Source: Salpingoeca rosetta
Taxonomy: Eukaryota > Protista > Choanoflagellata
Direction of reading: 5' to 3'
NCBI GenBank assembly: GCA_033442325.1
Contig: JAWQFM010000005.1
Coordinates: 188,564 to 252,563, forward strand
Length of the DNA: 64,000 bases
Every line of letters begins with the position of its first letter. Within the stretch, counting starts at the first letter, position 1. A program made the translations under genes and the position numbers. The notes below the pieces were generated by a model. It did not search any database, was not told where the DNA came from, and saw nothing but the letters and a program-made list of their open reading frames with translations. Shown here in pieces: positions 15,660 to 28,529 of the stretch.

Positions 15660-17050
15660 GCGGCGATACAACCATCATTGTCATCATCACCACAGTCTTC
15701 AACATCATCGCGTGCGTCTGCAACATGTTCGTCGGCGTTCCCGAGACTGCAATCACCATTGCAATCGCCATCACACCCACCGCCACCATCCCTCAAACAG
15801 TCATCGCACTCATCATCATCCTCCTTGTTCTCGTGGCCAGCTGTGGGTGCTGCTGCGGTGCACACGCCCCCCTCCTGCGGCCGCTTCCTCTGGCCACCAC
15901 CACGACGTGCAGTGCTGTCAACGAGACCAAAGATGGTGCGCAGTCGATGCAGGAGAGCATCTTGGCGCGACGGCAGCTGCTCCTGTCGCAAGTTATCGCC
16001 AGGTTGCATCATGCGCTGGCGGCCTGATGTTGTGTTGCTGGCGGTGCTTGCTGTTCTGCTCCGAGAGGCGGTGCTGCAACTGCTGCTGCCGCTGCTGCTG
16101 CCTGCGCGAGCTTGTGCGGCTTGCTGGTACTGCGAATGTGCGGGTTGCACAGCACCCGGTGGTGGTCGTGGCGTCATCACTGCCATCATCTTGGCGCGCT
16201 TGCTCGTTTGCGTTTGCGGCTGCTCCTGCTTGAAGCCATCGCCTCCACCAACACACGCGCCACAGCTCTTATACTGCTGCACTTCGTCGCTGCCGTTGGT
16301 GTTGGTGGTGTTGTCGTTGTTGTGACACTGCAAACAGTGTTCCCCGCACGCCTCCGTCGCCTCAGCCCGTGCTGGCTGGAGCCTGGTATCAGCGGCATCC
16401 ATCGGTGTTGTCTGCTCTTCATGGCTGGTCTTCCCGCTGCCATCATCACCACCGACCTTGCTCCGTTTCGCCCTCGTCTCGCTCTTGTCCTTCTTCTGCC
16501 TCTTCTTGTCCTTCTTCTGCCTCTTCTTCGTGCGCTTGCGGTTGAGTGATGGCAGCACAATGGCCACATTGAAGTGGCCCGCCAAGTCCACACAGACGGG
16601 TATGCACGCAATGTCTGGCGCGCGGTAGGCGTCCGACTGCACCTCTTCCTGCTGCTGCTGCGCGCTGCCCTTGAACAACTGCTGCGGAGCATCACCCGAC
16701 GTGTTTTTGTCTTGCACGTGCACATTGGCAGCGGGGTGGCTGCGCCTTGCGTCAGCGACGGGGCTGCCCAGCCCGGCCCCAGTCATGGTCATTGTGCGTG
16801 GCTCACACGGCACTGTGACAACAGGCAGTTGCGGCAGCCGCTGTGGATCAATCAGCGAGCGCTCTTGCTGCTGCAGGGGATGAAATGCTGGTGGCTGTGG
16901 TTGTAGCTGTGGTTGTAGCCGTAGCTGTGGTCGTGGTTGCTGCTGTGGTTGTAGCTGCAGGTGTGGCACGGGCGGCGGTAGCTGTGACATGATGGACTGC
17001 TGCTGCTGCTGCTGCTGGGTCAGCCATAGCGGTGGCGGTGGCGGTGGCGG

Positions 17051-17082
<32 letters not shown>

Positions 17083-18442
17083 TTGTTGGTGTTGTTGTTG
17101 TGAGTGGTGGTGGCGGCGGCGAGAACATGCTCTGCTGTGCCGGCTGCTGTACGTACTGATATGGATACTGCTGCTGAGGCTGCTGCTGGTAGTATTCTTG
17201 TGGGTGTGGTTGTTGTTGTTGTTGTTGTTGTGGTGGTGGCGGCGGTTGCTGTTGGTGGTGCTGCTGACGTTGTGGGGGTGGTGGCTGTTGCTGTTGCGGT
17301 CCCTGGCGGTGAGGTGGAGGAAAGCAGATGACGTGCGACAAGTCCCGCAAATCGTGCCCGGTTGTGTCCTGTGTCCACACGGGCACATCGTACAGCATGC
17401 AGTTGCCGCGAATCAGGCAGCCGTGCTCATCCGTGTACGCGTAAATGTGGTGGGGACAGAGCGGGGCTGAGATTGCCGCTGCTGTCGCTGGTGCTTGTGT
17501 AGGCGCCACCCTTCCTTGGTGTTGCGCGTGATGGCGTGGTTGTGCAGAATGGTGCTGCCGCTGCTGATGGACGGTGGGATGGGAACGGCCTGCGTCAGAC
17601 ACACGCTGGCGGTGCTGGGCTTCTTGAGGGTGCTTACTCCGCTTGCCAGGGTGGCTGTCCTGAGGGGTGGTGTCCTGGTCCTCCGTCTGCTCCTGCTCCT
17701 CTTGGTCCCACTCCTCAGTTGGGGCAACAACGGGCAGCTCCAGCACAACTTGCCTGCGGTACACGGCAAACAGGGCCTCTTCCTCCAGAAACAGGCGCTC
17801 CACAAGAAAGTTGAGGCTTGGGCGGAGCAGGTCTGCAGTGCCTGGCCGCTGCCACACAAACCGCAAGAACGCCGCGCGCCCTGGGATGACGTCGGTGCTG
17901 CGCAGCACGTGGGCGAGCTCAAACACGCCCAGGGGACCCGTGAGGAAGTTGGTGCGCTCTGCGGGCGAAGCAAACTCGCAGGAGCGCGCTGCGACATACC
18001 GCTGCCGCATGCCGGCAATGACGGAGATGATGGTCTCGATGGCGGCGCGGAGTGAGGCGCCACCAGTGCCAATGTCGCATAGCAGGCTCACGAGGGCCTC
18101 GCGGGCGAGCCTAGCGTCAGCGTCAACACCGTCACCTTCACTCGCATCACTCGTACGCTTGGCCCTTTCCTTCCTCTGCTGCTGCTGCTTCTTCTTCTTC
18201 GCCCTGCTGCTCTTGCTGCTGTCCTTGCTGTCAGCGGTTTGTGCGGACAACTGGCGCTGCGGGCGGCGGTGCTGGCGGTCTGCGGCCTCGCGTTCGCGTG
18301 CTTGGCCAATGTGCCGATTGAGGAGATAAGTGATGGCCAGGGCAATGAATCCGCACAGGAGGTTCGAGACGTGGTGGTGCTTGGCGACTGCGCGGTACCA
18401 GTCGCTGGTTTGGTCTGTCACCTTGATCTCGAGCACCTTCAT
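15347..18442 (-). CDS. Large orphan protein with poly-Q/P and acidic tracts; candidate papain-like cysteine peptidase. Main exon shown; short upstream exons probably extend to at least ~18960
   Basis: An uninterrupted 3.1-kb ORF with coding-like content. Globular islands SNLLCGFIALA, VCVDLAGHFNVAIV and VVVVLDSMP are separated by low-complexity tracts. In-frame upstream exons (AERVSNLLLALTAYSKR|ALSRIHALTKPKSLHGDTNKHKK|MKVLEIK) are plausible. The true start codon is unresolved. Confidence 0.7.
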
Positions 18443-19812
18443 CTTGATGCACAACGTCAAAGGTGATCAGAGGGATTGCGGGGAGTTGTGACACGGAGGG
18501 GAGGGGGTGGCGCAGACAAAAGGGGAAGGCTGCTGCGCCCAGGTGCTGTCGGCTGTCTCTTGCCTTCTTGTGCTTGTTCGTGTCGCCGTGCAGGCTTTTT
18601 GGCTTGGTGAGGGCGTGAATGCGCGAAAGTGCCCTGTCGGCAAGCAAGCGGAGAGGAAAAATGAATGCGTGCAGGCATGCATGCAGCAGCAAGCAGAGTG
18701 GAACCAATCGCAGGGCAATGTCAATTGAATGCACTGCACGGTACAGATATGAGATGAGATGCATGGGTGCGATGTCTCGAGTTGGCGTTGTTTGTGTGGT
18801 GTAATGTGACTTGGTGGCTTCATTGTTGGTCAGGTGGTGGTGGTGGTGGTGGTGCTGCTGCTGCTGCTGGTGGTTGGTTGGAATGCGGCATTGTTGACAA
18901 ACTGACCTTTTGCTGTAGGCTGTGAGGGCGAGGAGGAGGTTGCTCACGCGTTCCGCTTGTGTTGTGGTGGGAAGCGGCGACACCGTGGTCGTCGTCGTCG
19001 GTATGGATGTGCCCTCGTTGGCTTTGCGGAGAGAGGTGTGAATGCGAAGCGCAGGTGTTGCCGCAGGTGTTGCAGCGCCTGATCTCACGCCAGCTCTGCG
19101 CCTTCACGAGCAAACCCAAAACGAGGCGCAAGGGTGCACGCAACCAAGGGAAAGGGAAGCGACGATGTCTTCTTGTCTTGCTTGGTGATCTCTTCTATTG
19201 TCGTCGACAGCGGCGGGTTGGTTCGTGTGGTTGTGACCGCGTCTAGCCGTCTTGGTTGGCTGGTTGGTGGTTGTGGTTGTTGTTGGGTTTGGGACTTTGG
19301 GAGGGGAACAGATCAGCCGGCGCAGGAAGAGGAGCAGGCAATCGGGTTGCTTGGCTGCTTGGGGTGAGCGATCTGGTGATGGCGGCGTGTTGCAGAGGTG
19401 GCTGCGGTTGGTTTGGGTTGATGCGATGCGAAATGCGGAACCAACTACACCAACCAACATCCCCCCATACAAGCCAAACTCAAACAAAAAGTTTGCTGCG
19501 CGATTTGCTTGCCTGCACGCACAAGAGCAAGCAACAAGGGAAATACACGAGACATGCAAAGATGCGCCCCAATTTGGCTGGACGATTGCCCAAAGATATC
19601 AGATAATCGTCCGCAGCCCACGGAAGACGTGAGCAAGTTGGCGGCGGCAAGTCCGGAAAGCGAGCAAGTCAGCAAGTAAGCGAGTAAGCGAGCAAGGGCG
19701 ACGTTCGTTCGTGCCGATCCGATCAGAGACACGAGAGAGAGACAGGGAAGCGCACAAAAGGTGCAAGGGTGGAGGCGAGTCACAACACAACAGCACACCA
19801 ACACGGGAAACG

Positions 19813-20245
19813 ATGCTGGAGTGGGTTGTGTGGGAAACGACCGCGCCGCTTGCGGTGTATGCTGCAGCAACAGCTGCAAAGGGAGGCGATTCAAGGGCTT
19901 CAAAGCAAGGTGCTGCTGACGAAGGTGCCGTGACTGTTCACCACGCATCTGTGGACATTACCAGCAACAGGGTGTGCGCCGTTGTCGAGGTGAGCAGTCT
20001 GTCTACGCGTGTTGTATGTGCGTGTGTGAGTGAGTGGTGCGTGCGTGCGTTGCGTGTCGGGTAAAATGGATTGTGCGAGGAAAAAAAGGAGAGCGCTACT
20101 TGTGTGTGTGCACTGCGTGTGTGTTGGCTATCGTGATGGAGCTGTGAGATGATGGGTGGGGCCGCCGGCCTGTCGTGCTGCGAGGCTTGAGTGGGTGTGT
20201 AGTGATGTGCGTTGGCGTGTGTTTTGGGTGTGTGTGTGTGTGTGT

Positions 20246-20312
<67 letters not shown>

Positions 20313-21514
20313 ATCGCTTTGCCATGCATCCCATTCACTCACTGACACCCATCCTGACGCACATGCGCGCATATGCACACATTCACATACATACACATGT
20401 GCGCAGTCGCAGGTGCCCGTGAATGTGTACCACGTGCCGACACTGCTGCAGCGCGCCCGCGAGCTCAAGGCCGCCCTCACAAACGTCAACCGCCTCTTCT
20501 TCGCCACAAAGGTTAGTGTGTGCGTCTGTGTGTGTGTGTGTCTGTATGTGTGTGTGTGCATGTGCGTCTGTGTCTGTGTCTGTGTCTGTGTCTGTGTCTG
20601 TGTCTGTGTCTGTGTCTGTGTCTGTGTGTGTGCGTCTGTCTGTCTCTCTACTCTCCACCTCCACCTCACTCATCCCCTCATCGTCACCATCGTGTATCGT
20701 TGCTTCCACAGAGCAACACGCACCCCCGCCTGGTCCGTGCCATCCACAGCCTTGGGTTTGGGCTGGAGTGTGTTTCGCTGCAGGAAGTGGAGTACGTCAT
20801 GGCAGCAACGCACGCCAGCCCGGATCATGTGCTCTTCACGCCAAACTTTGCAACCAGGGATGAATACGCAGCAGCCATCAAGGTAAGAAAGAAGCTCGGC
20901 ACGGTGGAAGGGCGTGTGTGTGTATGTGTGTGTGTGTGTGTGTGTGTGCGTGCATGTGTGTGTGTGTGTGCATGTGTGTATGTGTGTGTGTGTGCTTCGT
21001 GCTGTACACCTACACTTCGCACGTGTTGCGTGCTTGCGTTGTGTTCATCGTGCATCTGTCGTCGGTCAAGGCTGAATGGTGCCTTTGTACAGCACGCAAC
21101 CATGCTTCCTTTTGGTCAACACAGCCACCCACCATGACACGCCGTCGCACACACTCTTTGCCTCCTGCCTGTTTCCCTCCTGCTTGCTCCACACGGCCCC
21201 CTCAGCTTGGCGTGCATGTGACTGTTGACAACGTCTACTGCCTGCGAGCGTGGCCGGACGTTTTCACCGGTGCGTCTGTCGCGCTGCGCATTGATCCCGT
21301 CAAGGGGCGGGGTCACCACAAACACGTGGTCACGGCAGGCTCCCAGTCCAAGTTTGGGATGGGCATTGAAGACATGCCGGAGGTGGTGCAGATATGCAAG
21401 GACAACAACATCACAGGTGTTTTGCATGTGTTGTATTGTGTGCATGGGGGGGGGTCGTTATCGTGCATGCTATATGCTGTGTTGTGTTGTGTTGTGTTGT
21501 GCATGCGTTATGTT

Positions 21515-21552
<38 letters not shown>

Positions 21553-23287
21553 TGGGGGGATGTTGTGTTGTGTTGTGTTGTGTTGTGTTGTGTTGTGTTG
21601 TGCATGCGTTATGTTGTGTTGTGCATGCGTTATGTTGGTGTGTGTGTGTGTGGAAACAATTACCATAGTGCCGCGTACCTACCTCATGGCTCCACCATCA
21701 CCATGCTTGTGCACCGTGTCCCTGCCGTGACCAGTGGTTGGGCTACACTGCCATAGCGGCAGTGGCATCTTCGACCCGGCCACGTGGAACGAGCACGCCG
21801 CCTGCCTCATTGCCGTCGCAAAGCAGTTCCCCGCGGTCAAGTGCGCTCGCACCATGGGAGTGACTTGTGTCACACTCGTGTTCTTGTTGTTGTTCTCGTT
21901 CTCGTTCTTGTTCTTGTTCTCGTTCTTGTTCTTCTTGGTGTTGCAGTTGTGCGCGGTGTTTCGTGGGCATCATGCTTTGGCTGATTCACCATGACTCCCG
22001 GCTGCATCGCTTCTCCCCTTCATTTCACGCCTTCCTGCGCAGGTTCATGGACATTGGCGGTGGTCTCGGTGTCCCATACCGCTTCACGGAGAAGGTGTTG
22101 CACCATCATCCCCACCTCCATGATCAACACGCGCGCGCTCTTACAGTCACATCAAGCCTCGCGCTGTCTGCCTACTCACTGTGTGCGTCTGTATGACGTG
22201 TTTTGTATGTGCGTGTATCTGTGTTATGTCTGTGTGTGTTTGCGTGTGTATGTATTTCCCTGCATGTCTATCTCTCTGTGCTGTCTCTCTCTCTCTCTCT
22301 CTCTGTGAACCTTTCTGTGGCCCTTCTCCGCAGCGCCTGAACCTGGACAAGGTCAATGAGGAGCTCGCTGCCATTCTTCATCCGGTCCGTCATTACCGCT
22401 GATTTCATCACACACACACACACACACATACGCGCGCACGCATGCGTAATGCTTTACACCACCTCACCTCATTTCTGATGTGTCAACTTTTCCATCCCAC
22501 ACACGCGCGCGCGCACACAACCTCTCATGACTTTCCTCTTCCTCCCTGTCACGACCACCAACCACCAACCATCGCCACCGCCATCACCACCGCCATCGTC
22601 AGGGCATTGACCTGTGGATGGAGCCGGGCCGCTTCCTCGTCTCAGAGTGCGGCGTCCTCCTCGCCCGCGTCTCCCAGGTGCACTGTGTGCGTGTGTGTGT
22701 GTGTGTGTGCGGGTGTGTGCGTGTTTGCTGTGTATGTCTGTGTCTGTGCGTGTGTGTGCGTGTGTGTGCGTGTGTGTTGTGAACTGTGTTGTTTGTTTGC
22801 TTGTTTGCGTGCTTCTCCTTCCCCACTCACCCTTCCTTGCCATCCATCCCCCCTACCCCCCTCCTCGCACCAGATCAAGACCAAGGCGGGTGTCAAGTTC
22901 GTCGGCATCACCGCTGGCATGAACAACCTCCTCCGCCCCGCGCTGTACGGCTCCCACCACGAGCTCGCAAACCTCTCCCACCTCGCCCGCACACGCCGCG
23001 GTGCCACTGATGGTGCCACTGATGGTGCCACTGATGGTGCCACTGATGGTGACTCGGGTGCATGCGAGCCCGTCACGGTGTGTGGGCCCATCTGTGAGAG
23101 CGCCGACATCTTTGGCCGGTACGCGCTTCTGCTCTTGAGACGCGTTGTTTTTTGGAGAAAGTGTGTGTGTGTGTGTTTGTGTGTATGTGTCTGTGTGTCT
23201 GTGTGTCTGTGTGCCTGTGTGTGCGCGTGTGTGTGTCTGTGTTTGAGGATGCGCATCGTCTCCCCTGACATTTGCAACACCCACCCC

Positions 23288-23335
<48 letters not shown>

Positions 23336-23488
23336 CGCGCTGACAGAGACCGGATGCTGCCTGTGGACACGCGTGAAGGGGATGTGATTCTTGTGGACAC
23401 GACGGGCGCCTATGGTGTGACCATGGAATCCTACTACAACATGCGCCCACGCGCCTCTGCCCACTTTCTCCTCCCTCCATCCCCTTGA
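19813..23488 (+). CDS. lysA: Diaminopimelate decarboxylase (PLP fold type III), bacterial AK-DapDC-type domain, stand-alone
   Basis: About 10 exons give LFFATK|SN (PLP lysine), LECVS, VLFTPNFA, VTVDN, LRIDP..GRGHHKHVVTAGSQSKFG, GLHCHSGSG, DIGGGLGVPY, EPGRFLV, GMNNLLRPALYG, VCGPICESADIFG and GAYG..M.S.YN.RP. The first exon and start codon are less certain. Confidence 0.92.
23000..23047 (+). repeat. 12-bp coding tandem repeat (GGTGCCACTGAT)x4 encoding GATD x4 in lysA
   Basis: Directly visible perfect repeat, in frame, between ANLSHL and EPVTVCGPICES. Confidence 0.9.
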
Positions 23489-23517
23489 CAGAGCGTTGTG
23501 TGTGTGTGTGTGTGTGC

Positions 23518-23582
<65 letters not shown>

Positions 23583-23648
23583 GTGTGTGGGTGTGTGTGT
23601 GTGTGTGTGTGTAATGAGGCGATGGTAGTGACATGCGACGTGAGTCAA

Positions 23649-23748
23649 NNNNNNNNNNNNNNNNNNNNNNNNNNNNNNNNNNNNNNNNNNNNNNNNNNNN
23701 NNNNNNNNNNNNNNNNNNNNNNNNNNNNNNNNNNNNNNNNNNNNNNNN
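23649..23748. other. Assembly gap (100 N)
   Basis: Run of N flanked by microsatellites. Confidence 0.99.
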
Positions 23749-23878
<130 letters not shown>

Positions 23879-25101
23879 GTGAAGCACTCATGCCGCTCCC
23901 ACACTCCTTCCCGTTAAAATTGCATCATATCATGTGCCTTTTTCACAACGCACCGAAACGCCACCGGCGGAAGCGAGCGAATGGCGCGCCCGATTCGTCA
24001 GGGCGAAAATCTACGACTAGCGGAATGCCGCACAGTTTCCTCTGTTTCAACGCATACGGTGGATAGCATTGACGACGAAGCGGGACGACACAAACACAAA
24101 CCCAAACCCCGTCAGCCTTCACACGCCCAACAACGCAACAACGCAACAACGCACGAACGAAAGCAACACACTGTGTGTGTGCCCAGGATCATCACCAACG
24201 AGGCATACGGCGCACTCTCTCTTGCTTGCAACAACAACAACAACAACAATTCTCACGAGCAAAGCCGACGAAACTTGCGTTCCAGAGCAAGGCACGACTA
24301 CCGCTGTGCCAAGGTGAGTGAGTGAGTGAGCGGCTCCCTTCCCCTCTTCTTCTTCTTCCTCTTTGCTCTGGCCTGAATCACCTCAGCCTGCCTCCTCTTG
24401 GTCACACTCACCACCGCTTGCTCGTTCTTTCATTCCCCCTCTTCCTTCCTTGTTGTTGACATTGATCGACGACCACAACCAGAACAGCCACACAACCAAC
24501 AAGCAGCAGGTGCGCGGTTGTGCATGTGCATGTGCCTGCCTGCAGCATGGGATTGATGGCAGTGTTTGGTTGTGTTTGGGGATTTCGTCGTGTGCTTGTT
24601 CGTTGTGTGATCGATCGTTGGTGTGTAGCGGGGGTGGTGGTGTTTGTTGTTGTCATGTCAGGTCAGCCACCACAGACCACACACTGTGCCAATATCACCA
24701 CCACCACCACACAAGTGCAAGTGCAAACACTAAAGACTGACAAGTCTTACACACATACGCTCACACACGAGCAACCCACGCAAACCGCAACCACACAACC
24801 ATCCGCTCACAAACCACACTCGCTCACTCACACGTCTGCCTTCCTACTTCTCCCTCCCCCCCCCCCTTCTGTGGTCAACTCCACACAATCGCGCGGCGCG
24901 CCCTGACGCTGCCTGCCTGCCTGCCTGCCTGTGGTTTCCCTGACGTGCCCAACAATTCTGGCACATTTGTCTCGCCGTCTCCTCCTCCTCCTCCTGCTGC
25001 TGCTGCTGCTGCTTGGTCTGTGGCATCAATCCCATCAACCCCCGACCAACCAACCAACCGACGAATCACCCCGACCGCGCTTGTCAACAAACAACAACAC
25101 C

Positions 25102-25135
<34 letters not shown>

Positions 25136-25371
25136 GCAACAGCAACAGCAACGCACAGATACATAGCACACAACTCACTCGTGCGTGAAGCGTTTCCCCG
25201 ACCCGTCTGCTGTGCGGCAACTCCGCCTGTGTTCCTCTGGACTCGGGTCGACCCGTCCCACCCCCGCACAGCCACCAACACCGAGCGAGGCATCCACGAC
25301 AAACCCTCCTCTCCCCTGCGTTCCGCTCTCGCGCAGCGCTTTTAATTCCCGCTCGACGACACACGCACACG

Positions 25372-25397
25372 ATTGCCATGGAGACTTCCCTGGGAAC
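25372..25397 (+). promoter_or_regulatory. Candidate tandem RFX X-box motifs at the MOK 5' end
   Basis: ATTGCCATGGAGAC (25372-25385) fits RYYNYY-WW-RRNRAC exactly. The overlapping ACTTCCCTGGGAAC (25384-25397) has one mismatch. Confidence 0.35.
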
Positions 25398-25506
25398 CAT
25401 CGAAGATGGTGCGTGAATGTTCGCTGCGCGCGGGGATGAGATGCTTCTGTTGTCTGCTGTGCGTTGTCGTGTGCGTGTGAGTGATGAAGAGAGAGAGAGA
25501 GAGAGA

Positions 25507-25538
<32 letters not shown>

Positions 25539-26438
25539 GTGTGTGTGTGCGTGTGTGTGTGTGTGCGTGTCGCATGGATGGAGAGGTTTGGTGCCGAGGG
25601 CCTCACATCGTCAATCGAAAGCAAGCCATTCCAGCACACGAGCCACGACTCACCAACACCCATGCTCGACTGTTTCCTCCCCTTCCTTCCCCTTGCTTCC
25701 CTCCCCCTCCCTTCCTTTTCCCTCTTCTGTTTCGTTTCCAGGGTATGATGTGCTGAAGAAGGCCGGTGAAGGAACCTTTTCAGAGGTGATCAAGGCAAAG
25801 AGGAGAACGGACGGAAAAGTGTTTGCAGTGAAGAGGATGAAGGGCAAGTTCAGCAGTCAAGAACAGGTGGACAAACTCAGAGAAGTGCAGGCTTTGCGCC
25901 GCCTGCGGAACCACCCAAACATCATTCACATGGAGGAGGTCATCTTGTAAGTCGCATGCACGTGTGCAACGGCCGGCCCGAGAGGCATGATCGAGAGCGC
26001 ACACCGTGTCTTGTCTTTCATGCGTTTCTTGTGTGGTTTAACATAGTACCTTTCGCGTTTGTGGCCTGCCTGAACGACTTGCCTCCTCGATCACCTTGTC
26101 TTCGACTTTTCACTCACCTTCTCCTCGCCCAATCCCACTCCCACTGCAACTTATTTTTCCCGCCCCCCCCCCGCCTCCCAACAGCAACAAGGACAAGCGT
26201 TCGTTGGACATGGTGTTTGAGCTGATGGACATGAATATTTATGAGCGCATCAAAGGCCGGCGTAACCACCTCCCCGAGGAGCTTGTCAAGCGCTACATGT
26301 ACCAGCTCTGCAAGGCCCTCGACTACATGCACAGGTCTCGCTTCTCGTGCCTCTCTGTGTGTCTCTGTGTTTGAGTGTGTATGTGTGCGCGTGTGCTGTT
26401 TGTGTGTGTGTGTGTGTGTTTGTTTGTCTGTTTGTTTG

Positions 26439-26475
<37 letters not shown>

Positions 26476-27005
26476 ATTTGTCTATTCGTCTGTTTGTTTG
26501 ACTGTTTTGTGCATTGTCATCACTCATCACCCAATCTCGACCGTCTCGCGTTTCGTGCCGCAGAAATGGCATCTTCCACCGCGATGTCAAACCAGAGAAC
26601 ATCCTCATCAAGGTCTGTTTGCCCTCCGCACTACCTCACCACACCACGAAGTAACGATCCCCCTGGAACACAAACGGGCACACCCACACAATTCACTCAC
26701 TCAAAATACAAACACATACTTACTCACTCACTGACTCACTCTCTCACTCATCCACTCTCACTCATCCACCACTGTACAGGACGAGGACCTGAAGCTTGCT
26801 GATCTTGGGTCGTGTCGGGGCATCTATTCCAAACCGCCCTTTACGGAATACATCTCCACCCGCTGGTACCGCGCGCCAGAGTGCCTGCTCACAAACGGAT
26901 ACTACGGCCACAAAATGGACATGTGGAGCGTCGGTTGCGTCATGTTCGAAGTCATGAGGTCAGCGACTGCCTGCATGAGCTGTGTGCGTGTGTGTGCGTG
27001 TGTGT

Positions 27006-27051
<46 letters not shown>

Positions 27052-27359
27052 ATGTGTGTGTGCTGGTTGTCAATGTGTAGGCGAATCTGCAGACGTGTGC
27101 GCCGTTTCGTCAAAAGAACTCTAACCCTACCCTTACAACAACCACCACCACCACCACTTATCCACCAATCGACAGCCTGTACCCGCTGTTCCCTGGCTCG
27201 AACGAGCTTGACCAGATCAACAAAATCCACGACATCATCGGCACCCCGCCGCCGCAGGTCATGAGCAAGATCAGGAAGCACTCCTCACACATGCGCGTCA
27301 ACTTCCCAGACAAGCAGGGCAAAGGTGCGCACCGAGCGCTGTTGTTGTTCGCGCCTGTG

Positions 27360-27402
<43 letters not shown>

Positions 27403-27853
27403 CACACACACACACACACACACACACAAGTACACACATACAAACCTTGTATTGATTCGTTCAAGACCCCTTTGCTCCAACCCATCCCCATCACTCCTCA
27501 CGTTCCCATAAAACATCTGTTCTCACCACCACCACTTTCAACCCCCCCCCCCCCTCCACCTCCAGGCCTGCGCAAGCTGCTGCCGAATGCGTCTGAGGAG
27601 TGCGTGTCGCTGCTTGAGGGCCTGCTCGACTACGACCCCGACAACCGCCTCTCTGCGCGCCACGCCTTGCGCCACCCGTACTTCAAGGAGCTGCGATCCG
27701 AGGACAAGCGTCGTGCCAAGACGGCAGCAGCGGCGGAGGCGGCGGCAGTAGAGCAGCACGCGCCGGACGACACCGCCAACGCAACCGCTCGCCTCGCCAA
27801 CATGTCCCTCAAGCCACACGACGGTGCGTGTGTGCATGTGTGTGTGCGCATGC

Positions 27854-27916
<63 letters not shown>

Positions 27917-28471
27917 GTGTCTGTCTGCCTGTCTGTCTATGTGGTGTGTCCCTGTCTTTGTCTGGATGCATCCTTGTCGCCGCCAATAGCGTCTTGTGCA
28001 CCATCACCCTGACCACCACCATCACCACCACCACTGCTTCCCACCTGTGCAGCGCGCAAGCTGGTGCACGATGAGCCCTCGCCGCGCCGCCACCGGTCGC
28101 TGCGGTCCTTCCGTCGCCACGGCAGCAAGAAGAGCGACGGCAGCCCTGCACCAGAGCCCGTCCCTTCCCTCGGCCACCCCATGCTCGCGGTACGCGCCTT
28201 CCTCTCTCACACATACATACACACACAGGCAACACGATTGCCGCAGTGCTGCTGTTTTGCTGGCCATTTGCACTGGCTCCCTGTCGTGGTCGATGGATGG
28301 ATGGTTGTGTTGACCGAGTTGTGTTGTCATCGTCGTAGTCGTCGTTATTGTTGTGGATGTGCTGTTTCGAGAGCGAAGGGGTAGTAGATAGATTAGCTTA
28401 GGCTCACGCTAGAATTGTATCTTTGCTTGCTCTATTCGGCTGTTTGTGTGTGTGTGTGTGTGTGTCTGTGT

Positions 28472-28529
<58 letters not shown>

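Noticed and set aside
15295-18329. Long plus-strand ORFs antisense to the orphan gene (and similarly antisense to GVIN and NFXL1)
   Set aside because: Shadow ORFs from GC-rich codon usage and trinucleotide repeats on the coding strand.
23943-25345. ORFs upstream of MOK
   Set aside because: No protein motifs. Donor-like sites near 24313 and 24509 may mark non-coding exons, but this cannot be supported without transcripts.
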